Assembly: GCF_016433145.1 (NCBI RefSeq)
Contig: NC_058133.1
Location: forward strand, 256,082,801-256,146,800
Length of the DNA stretch: 64,000 nt
Reading direction: 5' to 3'
From: Gracilinanus agilis
Taxonomy: Eukaryota
The notes beneath the pieces are model-generated. The model made no database searches. It was not told where the DNA came from and saw only the letters and a list, made by a program, of their open reading frames with translations. The position numbers were made by a program, and so were the translations under genes. Below, piece after piece: positions 53,701 to 64,000 of this stretch. How positions within the stretch are numbered: the first letter of the stretch is position 1; each line of letters opens with the position of its first letter.

Positions 53701-56700
53701 CATTTAGGAAATGGTTTGTTTTCAGCTTATATGCCATCCGTTGGCATCACACCATGTCAAATTCTTTTTTTTTTTTCATGGGTCCTAAACTTTTCAAGCT
53801 TCAAAAGTTAACTATGTGCAGAATGTCAGGGTTGGGTATACTTTGATATATTGTATCATCAGACAAAATCATTATATTAGCCACAATTACTATATGGGTT
53901 TTGTTTAATTGCTTTGCAGAAATATATTTTTGGGGGTGATAAGGGAAGTGTTTTTTTGAAAAGTGCTGTATAACAAAGTGTCAAAAAGAAATTTTTTGTT
54001 TAAAAAGCCTCCAACAAAACAAAAAACCAAATACCTCTTTCCCCCTCCCCTATTCTTTCATGGTTTTGGCCTTTGTTTAAAACCCCCTCTTAACCTTTGT
54101 TCTTCTGATACTTTTAATACTATGGGAAAACTAAGAAAGGCAGGTCAGACTTGAGAGATCATCGACACTGTTAAAAATAAAGATGCCCAAACAGGGAGGA
54201 CTAGCAAAGGAAAACAGGAGAGGAAAGTCAAACACCGAAGCCTGACCTGAAGTTGGTAGGCTAAGTCAGCCTGTGCACGACGAGTGTTGACCTCAACATC
54301 ATAAATAGCCTTCTTCAGCTCATAGTCCCTTTGTGCCTTGGCCATCTCTATCTCACTCAGGAACTGAGCAGAAACCTTCTGTTGTTTTGCTTTTGCCTCC
54401 TGTTGGGGTAGAGGTCACTGTCAAAATAAGGGTGGTGGTAGGATAATATTTCCTGTGTAACCTAGAGAAAGTTACAACCTCCCAGGGTCTTAATTTCCTT
54501 ATCTGGAAAATCTCTAAGGTCATTTCCACATCTAAAACCTTTGAATGAAAAGTAAGGGTACTTCAGAAACATATTCATATCACCCCATCCCCTAGATCCA
54601 TGTTGGCAAACCCATGGCACGCATGCCCCTGAGTGCCAGAGGGGGCTGCCCTGTTCCCCTCTCCACAGCACCTGGGGACATTTTTCACATGCTCTGTCCC
54701 TCTGCCCAGCAGACCAACGTGAGCACTTCCTCCCTGAAGTAATGGGACAGGAGTTGGGAGGTGGGGGTGTGCTTCACAGGTGGCTTGGGAAAAAGGTTTG
54801 GGTTTGTAATCTTTAAAAGGTTTGCCAACACTGCCCTAGATCCTCCCTCCAATTTCCTACCAGCTTCTTCCCTTTCAAACAAATTCTATCCACCTCCATT
54901 TCCTTTAACTGAGACATAAAATGTACCATTATATCTTCCAACTGGTAGGGCCATTAGAGGTCATGTAGTCTTAACCACTCCCCCCTCTCTATTTTACTGA
55001 TGAAAACACTGAAGCCCAGAGAAGTAAAGTAACTTTATTTAAAGCCTTATATTTGCTAGCAAATGTCTAAGCCAGAGATTAGTTTAGATTTATCTAGTTT
55101 CAGGCCCAGTGCTTTTGCAATGACATCATGCTAGTTCATACTGAACATATGGCAAATATGTGCTAACTGACTGAACCCAATCTCTTTTCTTGCCCCTCTC
55201 ACCTGGATCCCAGCATCTCTCTTGGCCTCAGCTTCCCCGATACGAGCATCTTTCTGGACCTGAGCTGTTCGAGCCTTCCCCAAGGAGTGCAGATAATCCT
55301 GTGGAAAGGAAACAGAGTTATAGATATTGGATGCCTCAATCCTCTTGGAAAAATGGGGAAGGGGAAACATGAACTAGGAAAGAGGGAGGAGGTAACAGCT
55401 GGATTTCTGTGTTCACCTGATCATCATGAATGTCCTTGAGAGTATAGCTAACAACACTAATGCCCATGTTGACAAGGTCAGATGAAGCTACTTTGAACAC
55501 CTGCTCTGAAAATTTCTGGCGATCCTTATAGATCTCCTAGAGGAGACATAGGACAAAGAAGAGAGTGATTTTAAATCTCTGTTCTACAACTCTTTTGGCC
55601 TCAGGCTCTACTTTTCTACCAGGTTCCATCTCCTCAAGTCTTCAGAACCCACTCCCAAAGCTTTCTCAGGCCCACTGATTCTTCCATTTCTAGGTCCCCT
55701 CTTCCTAATCCACCTCTACTGTCATGTGGGCCATGATTGCCCTCTGGTGGCCCTCCAATGTCTCCAGTGCAATGTGGGCAATTTCACCCTCAGTCTTCCC
55801 AAGGAACATCTGACAGGCAGCAGCCAACATCTCCTTGTTCTGGCCTTGGATCTTCACCTGGGGAAAAAAGAGTTTGTTGGGGAATATGGGGGGAAGTAGA
55901 ACTTTCCCTTCTGGGAGAGATGTGCAGAAAAGGAAGGCACAGTTTCTTATAAGTCTTTTATAATCTAGGGAAAAAAAGACAGGCTATTTCTCATCCTGGT
56001 GAGAAAAAAGAGCAGAGGAACAGTTGCTATTGGGAGAAAGTTTTTGATTTCAGGAAAGATCAGGAAGAAGGCTGAGAAATATAAAGATAACCCAGATTCT
56101 GAGGAGTGGAGGAGAGAAGGAAGAAAGGGAGAAAGAGAGAGATAAAGAGAACAAGGATAATGGGCTTCAAAGAGGTAGGCTCACACCCTCACCTGGGCAA
56201 TGCCAGTAACTGATATGGGAACCCCATGACGAGTATAAACCTTCTCACTCTTGACATTGAGGGTCAGTGTGTTGAGAGAGATTCTGGAAAAAGAAGGTAG
56301 GGGCTATGTGGAATAGAAGAAAAAGAATTTAATGCCCCACTTTTGGCAACTCCCTTCTCACCTACCTTCTGATCTGCTGGATACAGGGCACCACAAAGAC
56401 TCGGCCTCCTGCCACCATGACAGGGGGGCTTCGGCAGAAACCTGCAAAGAGTTGAGAACAATGAGTCTGGTTGGGAAAAGAGTATGGAATTCTCAGGGTT
56501 GAGAAGGGCAAAGGGAATTAATTAGAAGAGAAGAGTATTAATAATGATGAAAGGCAAGACTAACTGTATAAGAGACTGAGAAGCAGGTGGAAGGAAGGGA
56601 TCATCTATTAGGGAAAATAGATGGATATGAAGGATAGGGCAGTCAAGAGTTGTGGGAGGGGAGGTAAATAGGAAGAAAAATTGCAAAGGTAGAGAAAGCG

Positions 56701-57129
56701 TGAAGAATCACAGTTACTTTATGAATCTTAAAGGACTATATAAGTTATTAGTAATAATAGGGGGAGGGGCAGCTGGGTAGCTCAGTGGATTGAGAGCCAG
56801 GCCTAGAGATGGGAGGTCCTAGGTTCAAATCCGGCCTCAGACACTTCCCAGCTGTGTGACCCTGGGCAAGTCACTTGACCCCCATTGCCTACCCTTACCA
56901 CTCTTCCACCTATGAGTCAATGAACAGAAGTTAAGGGTTTAAAATTAAAAAAAAAATAATAATAGGGGGAATTGAGGGAGGTATTGTGTGTGAATGTGTA
57001 AGGGGGAAGATAATAAAGCAGCAGTGCAGAATTTATAAGGTTGCTTTGGAGAATCTGGAAAGGAAAGGAAAGGTAATAACACTTACCGGATACCACCATG
57101 GCCTCATTTGGACCACAAGTGAAAAACAT
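50772..57129 (-). CDS. FLOT1: Flotillin-1 (SPFH/PHB domain), predicted 420 aa with the canonical last acceptor
   Basis: Coding exons 57087-57129, 56366-56441, 56193-56283, 55714-55857, 55417-55536, 55203-55298, 54247-54399, 52487-52668, 52206-52251, 51955-52092, 50988-51152, 50772-50780; GT-AG and in frame. [49 protein letters not shown] repeats. Confidence 0.96.
51289..51498 (+). mobile_element. Non-autonomous hAT/Charlie-type MITE, family 1 copy 2 (FLOT1 intron)
   Basis: TIRs TAGGGGTCGGCAAC...GTTGCTGACCCCTG; perfect 8-bp TSD ggctaggc (51281-88, 51499-506); inserted in an antisense SINE. Confidence 0.93.
54598..54833 (+). mobile_element. Non-autonomous hAT MITE, family 2 (OposCharlie1/OC1-like termini), FLOT1 intron
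   Basis: TIRs CCATGTTGGCAAACCC / AGGTTTGCCAACACTG; perfect 8-bp TSD ccctagat (54590-97, 54834-41); subterminal ATGGCACGCATGCC. Family name is from memory. Confidence 0.85.
56766..56956 (+). mobile_element. Young full-length SINE-1-like element
   Basis: 14-bp TSD taataataggggga at 56752-56765 and 56957-56970; intact A/B-box-like head and A tail. Confidence 0.93.
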
Positions 57130-57259
57130 GCTTCAGGGAGGGGCTAGAATGCGAAGACATGATTTTTAGGAGTCAGGCAGGGAAATGATGGAGCTTACAA
57201 ACCCCGGCCCCACCCACTCCCCAACTCTTCTTCATTGGAACATCTCTCAGGATCCCTAA

Positions 57260-58040
57260 ACTTTGGCTAGACCCACCCTCCCACCTTTCCCAGTAGTAAG
57301 TGGACCCCTTCCCCCCTTTAGACCCCAGCCCCATTACTGCACCCCCGCCCCAACATGTGCGCGTGCACGAACATACACATACCTACACACGCACACAAAT
57401 ATAGACGCGCACGCACACCTACAGACACGGACCGGACGCTCTCCTAGGTGTATCCCCACGCCTCAGGCGTCGCTTGGGTGTCCTACTTCCCAGCCCTCAC
57501 CTCCTCTAGAGGTGAAGAGTACGCGGCCCTAGGGGTGGGGCTCGAGGAGCAGGTTTGCTCTCGCCCAGGGGCAAGCAGACTGGCAGTGTCTCCTGCGGTG
57601 CCGCACTCCCCTCCCCCTCCGGCTCCCCCTAGGCCAACCGCGCCCTGTTGCTGCGACAGAACCAGAATCCCGCCCCCGGCATTTGACGAACCTCCTCTCC
57701 ACCCCCTAGCCCCTATGACTCCGCCCCTTCCCAGCAGTCCCCGCGCACCTTCTCTACTGCGTTTGTGGCTGCTGCAGCCGCTCCTCCTGGGAAGGCCCTG
57801 GAGGGAAGCCGGGGCTGGGGGGAAGGGGGAGGCGCCCTGGCTTCTCTGCATTTCCGGCCCTTTGTTGTCTCCCAGCCCCTTTCTGGACTCTTTCCTTCTG
57901 ATTGCCTTCACTCCTGGGCACACAGGCACGCTACCACCCTCGGGATGTTGCTTCATCCTGGGTTTACCCGGTGTCAGCAGCCTTGTGTGATCATATCCGG
58001 CAGTTGGAAATGGGGCGCTGAACGCCTGGGTCCGGGCACT
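57260..58040 (-). promoter_or_regulatory. FLOT1 CpG-island promoter and non-coding exon 1
   Basis: CpG-rich, GC boxes, candidate donor GTGAG at 57496-57500; exon 2 acceptor 14 nt before ATG (57143). Confidence 0.7.
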
Positions 58041-59549
58041 AGTCTTTTTTTTTTTTTTTTTTTTTTTTTCCCAGTAGGGGAGAGGTTAAGAGGGCAAATG
58101 ATAGTGTAACCATCATCCTGCTCAAATTTTCCAGCGTTTAGCACAGTACTTGGCGCATGGTAGGAGCTAAATAGTCTTCTACACTTGACTTCTTAGATCA
58201 CTTAGATCTCTCCTTTGTGGATATCAGTCAAGATGTACTTATTAGGTGCCAGGCACTGTGCCAAGTGCTGTTGATAAAGAAAGGCAAAAAAGTTCAGCCT
58301 CAAGGAAAAAAAAATTGTACCAAACAACATATTTAGGGTAAACGGAAGGTAATTTCTGAGGGAAGACAATGAGAGGAGGGACCAAAACCACTCTCTTTAC
58401 CTCTTTTTCCATGCTTTCTGTGTCATATTTCCCATTAGGTTGTAAGTCCCTTCTGTTCCTGAACTCAAATTTTCAATCCCATGGCACTAGCTTTGTTTAA
58501 TGAAAAAACTTAAGTGATTTTGATACAAATGACCTGTCCCTTCCAAAGGTCTGTTTCAAATTAAATGAATCGAGTTGGATGTTATGGATCTGATAGGTTC
58601 CTCCCAAGATAAAATAGCTATGATCTGGATATTGCAAATAGTTTGAATTTCTGAAAGGAAATTAGTTGGAAGTCAAAAGGGTCCTTAGGATATTGGGGAG
58701 CTAAAGGGATCATAAGATCATACATTTAGAGCTGAAAGGGATCTTGGAGAATATTGAGCCTAACTCCCCTCATTTTACAGATTACCAGCCTGAGGCCCAG
58801 AGATTATATCCAATTTATTCTATGTAGGTCCTGTTGGCACATAGTTATTTGCATGTTGTCTCCCCTATTACACTAAGCTCCTTGAAAGCAGACATTGATT
58901 TTTACCTTTCATTGTATCCTGTTTTGCCAGGCAATTAATAAATGATGTTTAAGCTGACCATTGAGGTTAAGTGACTAGTCTATAGCCACACAGCTAGCAT
59001 TTGACAAAAGCAGTGCTGAAGTCAGGGGTACTTCATTGGACTCCAAATCTTTTTATTACTCTGAAGTATATTTGATTCTCACAATAACTGTAAGATAAAT
59101 AGAGAAAGTAGTATAATTACCATTTCTCAGGTTTGAGCCAGTGATTTCATCAGTTCAGGGAACTCGAGTCATGGGACTTCCTTCCACCAACAAAACTTGA
59201 CAATTTATCAGTAGCTTAGTCTTAAAGAGTTTCCTTAGTGCACTAAGCTAGATGACTTTCAAAGTCACAAGCTCATGTGTTCTAAATTAGTGTCAAAAGC
59301 AGGACCTTCCAGAACCTAGCAAGGCTTTGCCTCAATCCATTTTTCTAGGCTGTATCTCATCCCCATTTTACAGATTAGGAAACTTAAGGCTTGGAGAAAT
59401 TGAAGTGACTTTTCCAAAGTCAAATAACTAGGAAAAGAACTGGTCTTATTCCAACTCCAGGTCTTTTTGCATTAAATCAAGCTGTTCTCAAAAGAACCAG
59501 CTTTATCAAGACACAGACACAAGGTTGGTTTCTAGCAGTAAAATCCAAT

Positions 59550-59559
59550 TTTATTTATT
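59550..59559 (-). terminator. IER3 overlapping AATAAA polyadenylation signals
   Basis: Minus strand AATAAATAAAA. Confidence 0.75.
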
Positions 59560-59571
59560 GTTCATAGAACA
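59559..59571 (-). promoter_or_regulatory. Constitutive decay element (Roquin-type stem-loop) in IER3 3' UTR
   Basis: UGUUC-UAU-GAACA: 5-bp stem with a Py-Pu-Py triloop, matching TCYRYGA. Confidence 0.7.
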
Positions 59572-59874
59572 TACAAGGCAACAGACCCATCCCACCCCAC
59601 TCAGCCCCTTAGGGGCAGTTTCTGAGGTAGTCAATGAACCCTTTGGCCCTTATGGGGCCTCACATAGTAGGTCCCACTAAGTTGAAATAAGTGTATAGAT
59701 ATTGTCATCCCTAAAATTACTACCCCTATCACTATCACTAGCCTTCTTTCTTTCCCAACCCCTCCCTTGATTCAGTTCCCCAGTCCCAGTACCCATCACT
59801 GCCTAATTCTTTCTCCCCACCTTCAGCTTTAGTTTAGTCTAAGGAATTGACTTCAGCAGCTCACTAGAGCATAT

Positions 59875-60070
59875 CAATAAATAAAACAAAAACCAAAAAT
59901 ATTGCAGAAGGTTGGAGGCACATCTCTCCTCTACAACATATAAATTAAAATAAATACTACATATACCCTTCTTCCACTACCACTATCACCCCCCAACCCT
60001 GGTGGGATGGTATATAAATAAACACTGTATATAAATATTATCACCTAGGAATGAACAGCAATAAATTAAT
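59875..60070 (-). promoter_or_regulatory. AU-rich element cluster in IER3 3' UTR
   Basis: Six AUUUA pentamers (plus taaat at 59878, 59941, 59951, 60015, 60032, 60062). Confidence 0.8.
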
Positions 60071-60287
60071 GTGTTTTTTCCCCGGCACTAAAGGCAGCAG
60101 GACAAGTTTCTCTCCACCTTCCATTTCCTGCAGTTCTGGGATTTAGGCCCAGTGGCACCGATGTCATTCTTGGGTATTAGTGTTCTAAGTTTGAGAGTGT
60201 CCCAGACCCAGTCTCAGCTCGGCAAACGCCCTTTCGTACCCCAGGCTTTTGTGTTTCTTTTTGTTTTTGTAGGGGAAGGGCTGTGGT

Positions 60288-60901
60288 TTAGAAGGCTGCC
60301 GGGTGCTGTTGGAGGAAGGCGCTGATGTCCACGGGGTAGTCCGGAGGCTCAGACGTCAAGTTCTGGGACTCCACCACAACTGGAGGCGCTTGAGTAGGGT
60401 CGTTGTCAGGTTCTTCCAGCACTGGGGGCACTGGACCACCTTCCTCGGCCATCAGAATTTGACAAAAGACCACCGTAAGGAGGAGGAAGAGGAGGCGCCG
60501 AGCCGGATTGGGGTCCTCTGCAGGTAGCTGGCGTCGAACCTGAGAAAGAATGTTATAAAGTTGTAAAAAAAGGGATTTAGCCACTCTTTGCCACAACTGG
60601 TCCCTGGGAGCGAGGAGCCAGGTCCTGTAGCCCAACTTGGCCCTTCCAGTGATCCCTACTTTCTAGAATTTCTGGAATCCGAACTCACCATTCGAGGGTA
60701 GAGAACCTTGCGGCTGCGCTTGCGAGGGACCCTGTGGGAAATGCTGGAGCGGGCGGGTCGGCAAGTGGGAGGCTCCGGGAGGGGGTCGAAAGTAAAGATC
60801 TCCGGGCCGGACCTTCTCCGGGACCCTGGACTGGGGACAGGGCCTGGGGTTGGGGCCAGGGTGACGGGTGCAGCAGGGAGGGAACCTCGATTATGACACA
60901 T
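60288..60901 (-). CDS. IER3: Immediate early response 3 (IEX-1), 154 aa
   Basis: Exons 60689-60901 and 60288-60539, 149-nt GT-AG intron; [53 protein letters not shown]. Confidence 0.96.
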
Positions 60902-60959
60902 GGTGAGTGGAGCAGGAGCGAGGAATGGGGAATGTGCTTTAAGTCAAGCTAGTTATGGG

Positions 60960-61220
60960 GCAGGCTGGCAGGACCGCCCCTATAATATCTTAGTGCTATT
61001 GGATGATGAGGCAAAAGCGGGAGGAGACAGGGAAATTCCTACGGGTTTGGCCAGGCATCGCAGTGGAGGTGGAGGTGGCGAGGTGGGGGTGGGGTGGCGG
61101 GTTAGAGGAGTGCGATTACGTAATCCTGGACACCTTCGGGGGAAGAGAGATGAGGGGGAAGCCAGGGACAGTCAGCTGATTTGGAAGGTGGGTGTGGGCA
61201 CATGCCCCAACATGTGGCTT
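60960..61220 (-). promoter_or_regulatory. IER3 proximal promoter
   Basis: TATA-like and GC box at ~60974-60988, CCAAT ~60998, NF-kB GGGAAATTCC 61030-61039, C/EBP-PAR palindrome ATTACGTAAT 61105-61114, p53-like GCACATGCCC-CAACATGTGG 61198-61217. Confidence 0.85.
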
Positions 61221-61289
61221 CCACAGGCATTTATAGACAAAAATACACAGTCATGTATACACACGTAGTCAGTTCAGTCATTATGGAGA

Positions 61290-61790
61290 ATTACAAAATT
61301 AGAGACTTTGAAAGTTAGAAGGGACCTTCGTGGCCATTTAATCCAACACATACCAAAAGTCTCTTCACCATAATATACCTGATATCTACTCGAAGATTTC
61401 CGAAGAGGGAGGGACTATAACTTCTCAAGGCTACTCATTGCAAGTTTGGACAGCTCTAATTATTAAGAAATTTTTTTCATTACTTGGAGCTTAACTTTAC
61501 CTCTTTATGCTTTCCACCCGTTGGTCCTGGTTTTGCCCTTTAAGCTCCAACAGAATAAGTTTGATTTTTCTTCCATATGGAAGTCCTTCGAAAACTTAAA
61601 AGACTCATCTTATCCCTCTGAATTTTCTTTTCTTCAGGCTAAACATTCTCCGTTCCTTCAACCAAACTTCTGGTCATCTGGATTCAAGCTCTTTCACCAT
61701 CCTGGTTATCTGTCGTTTGTATACTCTCCAGTTTATCAATATTCTTATTACTGTGACTTCCAGAGAATAGCAGGACTATCACCTCTTGTC
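61290..61790 (-). mobile_element. L3/CR1 3' fragment (antisense)
   Basis: ttggacagctctaattattaagaaa...ccacccgttggtcctggttttgccct, reverse complement of CR1 3' text. Confidence 0.6.
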
Positions 61791-61944
61791 TACACTTCTT
61801 TGTTAGATTTCTTCTGTGAAGGAAGTCTTAAGTTTGTTATATCAAAGGCAAGGGGATGTGTTCCCTATGTATAGTTTTTTTCTTTATGACTGTATTTGCA
61901 TTCTTTATTCAATTAACATATTGAGTCTTACGTTTGATCTTGTG

Positions 61945-62165
61945 TTATTGTTGTTCAAAAATGTCTGACTCTTTGTGACCCCATTTGGTGTTTTTTTTTG
62001 GTAAAGATAGCAGAGTGGTTTGCCATTTCCTTCTCCAGCTGATTTTACAGATGAGAAAATTGAGGCAAGCAAGTTTAAGTGACATGCTTAAGATCCCACA
62101 GCTATAAGTATCTGAGGTAAGATTTGAACTCAGGTCTTTCTGACCCCAGGTCTGGCTCTGTATGC
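61945..62165 (-). mobile_element. MAR1 SINE (antisense)
   Basis: ctgactctttgtgaccccatttgg...gagtggtttgccatttccttctccagc...ttttacagatgag. Confidence 0.8.
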
Positions 62166-62631
62166 ACTGTGTCACCAGATCCTTCAATAGGCTAAAATAT
62201 ATATTTTATATACTATGTAGAATCATATAATTTAGACTTGTTTTATCATTGCTATAGAGCTAGAAGAAATTTTAAAAATCACCTAATTCAATTACCTCAT
62301 TTTATAAGTGAGAAAACTGAGGCCCAGGAAGTGAAATTACTTGCCCAAAATCAGGCAGGAGAAAGGTCATGGCAGAGTTGGGACTCAAACTGAAATCTGA
62401 TTCCAAATCTTTCCAAGATGCCATGGTTCCTCCCCTCCCTTTAAAATCATGTAGTTTAGCTCCTTCATTTTCAAAGGCAGAAACTGAGACCCAGAGGAAA
62501 GTGACAACTCAGGGTCATATAGACAAGTAAATGGCATAAAAGGGATTCAAGTCTAGATCTTACTAAATCTAGTACTTTCCCCTCTATATCATGCTGTTTA
62601 TAGATTTTCTATGATATCTCCTAGGCTCTCA

Positions 62632-62875
62632 AGGGCAGCTACCACAGTGGATAGAGTACCAGGTTTGGAGTCAGGAAGACCTGAATTCAAATCCTACCCC
62701 AGATACTTACCAGATGTGTGATCCTAGGTAAGTCACTGAACCCTGTTTGCCTCAGTTTCCTCATCTATATAATGAGCTGGAGAAGGAAATGGCAAATCAT
62801 TCCAGTATCTTTGCCAAGAAAATCCCAAATGATGGAGTCATGAGGAGTTGGACATGACTGAAAAATGACTGAATA
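62632..62875 (+). mobile_element. MAR1 SINE
   Basis: gggcagct...ggagtcaggaagacctgaattcaaatc...gagctggagaaggaaatggcaaa...ttggacatgactgaa. Confidence 0.85.
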
Positions 62876-63379
62876 GTAAAAAATTGAGGGAGATAAGATG
62901 TATACATGTAATTATAAAAACAAGACTATAAAAGATAGGTATACATATATATAGCTGAGCCTATGGATTGTATGTGTGCATGTTTAGTCTTTGGCAGTAT
63001 AAGCATGTGTGCTTACTTCTGGCTCTAGGATGAGTGATGGAAATGGAAAGACAAATGCTTTTCTAGAGCCATATTCTTTCTTTAGTCTTACTCCATGGCT
63101 GTTGTGTCCCTGAACACATTTTTTGCCTTACTGTTTCTCCATTTTTGCTTCTGTGCCTGTGTTTCTGAATTTTTCTGCATATTTGTGAGTATGGCCTATA
63201 TCCCTGTGTGTTTTTCAGGGTGCCTGCTATATATTTTTTTCACTTTCTGGGCTTCATACAAACAATACTCTTATATGTCTTTCCAGTGCTTGCCATGGTC
63301 CACAAGTCTGCCTTTACCTGTGAATCTCCTTGGCTTTGCTTATATCAGTATTAGTGGAAGTGATGTTCATTCTGCTGTC

Positions 63380-63830
63380 TGAAGTATTGTGTTAAGTTCT
63401 CAGTGTCACAGTTTAAGAAGAACATTGAAAACCTGGGAGAGTATTCAGAGGAGAACAATTAGGATAGTGAAAGGTCTTGAGGCTACAATATATGAGCATT
63501 TAAAGGAACTGGACATATTTAGCCAGGAGAAGAGAAGACATGGAGGCATTATAATTAAGTGTCTTCAAGTATTTGAAGGGTTATCACTTGGAGAAGGGAT
63601 TAGATTTGTTTTGATTGGCCTTAGAGGGCAGGACTAGGAACTGTGGGTAGAATAAATTTAGACCTGGTAAAGGAAAAACTTCTTTATAATTAGAGTTGTC
63701 CAAAAAGTTCAGTGGTTTGAATATAGAGGTGGTGGACACTCCAACTTGGCAGTTTTCAATGTGCTCTAGTAGGGGATTCTTTTCATTTATGTCTTGAGCT
63801 AAATGGTTGATGATGAAGTGCCTTCAAATG
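63380..63830 (+). mobile_element. L3/CR1 ORF2 C-terminus and 3' end
   Basis: ORF 63389-63637 (WESIQRRTIRIVKGLE...LKELDIFSQEKRR) is typical of the CR1 RT C-terminus. Confidence 0.8.
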
Positions 63831-64000
63831 CTCTAATTTTGTGATTCTCTAATAAAACTAATAATCACACTAATAGTAACTTGTTAGACTATACCTGGAG
63901 TATTCAGTAATGGGCATCATATTTTTGGGGGGACACTGATAAACTGAGTACAGGATGGCATCAATATTCAAAACCATATTCTATGAGAAATGTTTGAAAG

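Noticed and set aside
56766-56956. tRNA-like A/B boxes in the SINE heads
   Set aside because: tRNA-derived SINE promoters, not tRNA genes: no cloverleaf, and they carry SINE bodies, A tails and TSDs

Overview
Eukaryotic, intron-rich mammalian DNA, almost certainly a marsupial and most likely a didelphid opossum (inferred from SINE-1_MD/MAR1/RTE-SINE-type repeats and hAT MITEs). The window is the MHC class I framework block. It holds the 5' part of DHX16 (-), PPP1R18/phostensin (-), NRM (-), MDC1 (-), TUBB (+, with a 180-nt N run in the last exon), FLOT1 (-) and IER3 (-), in the same order and orientation as in human. I resolved exon boundaries by hand from GT/AG sites and remembered human protein sequences, and reading frames are consistent. 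Introns and intergenic DNA carry an LTR, L1, L2, L3/CR1, MIR/MAR1, many tRNA-derived SINEs and three non-autonomous hAT elements with 8-bp TSDs. I did not find a wholly new multi-gene system. The most unusual signals are: (1) a compact MDC1 (~1271 aa) almost lacking the PST tandem array, with only two intact TQxF motifs, a decayed exon vestige and reshuffled SDT motifs; (2) an amber codon in the last FLOT1 exon that doubles as a possible tandem splice acceptor giving a new 32-aa tail; (3) two diverged copies of a repeat I cannot name, ending in an L2-type tail; (4) a 10/20-aa periodic region in PPP1R18; (5) a codon-exact N run in TUBB. All comparisons to human are from memory and need alignment to confirm.
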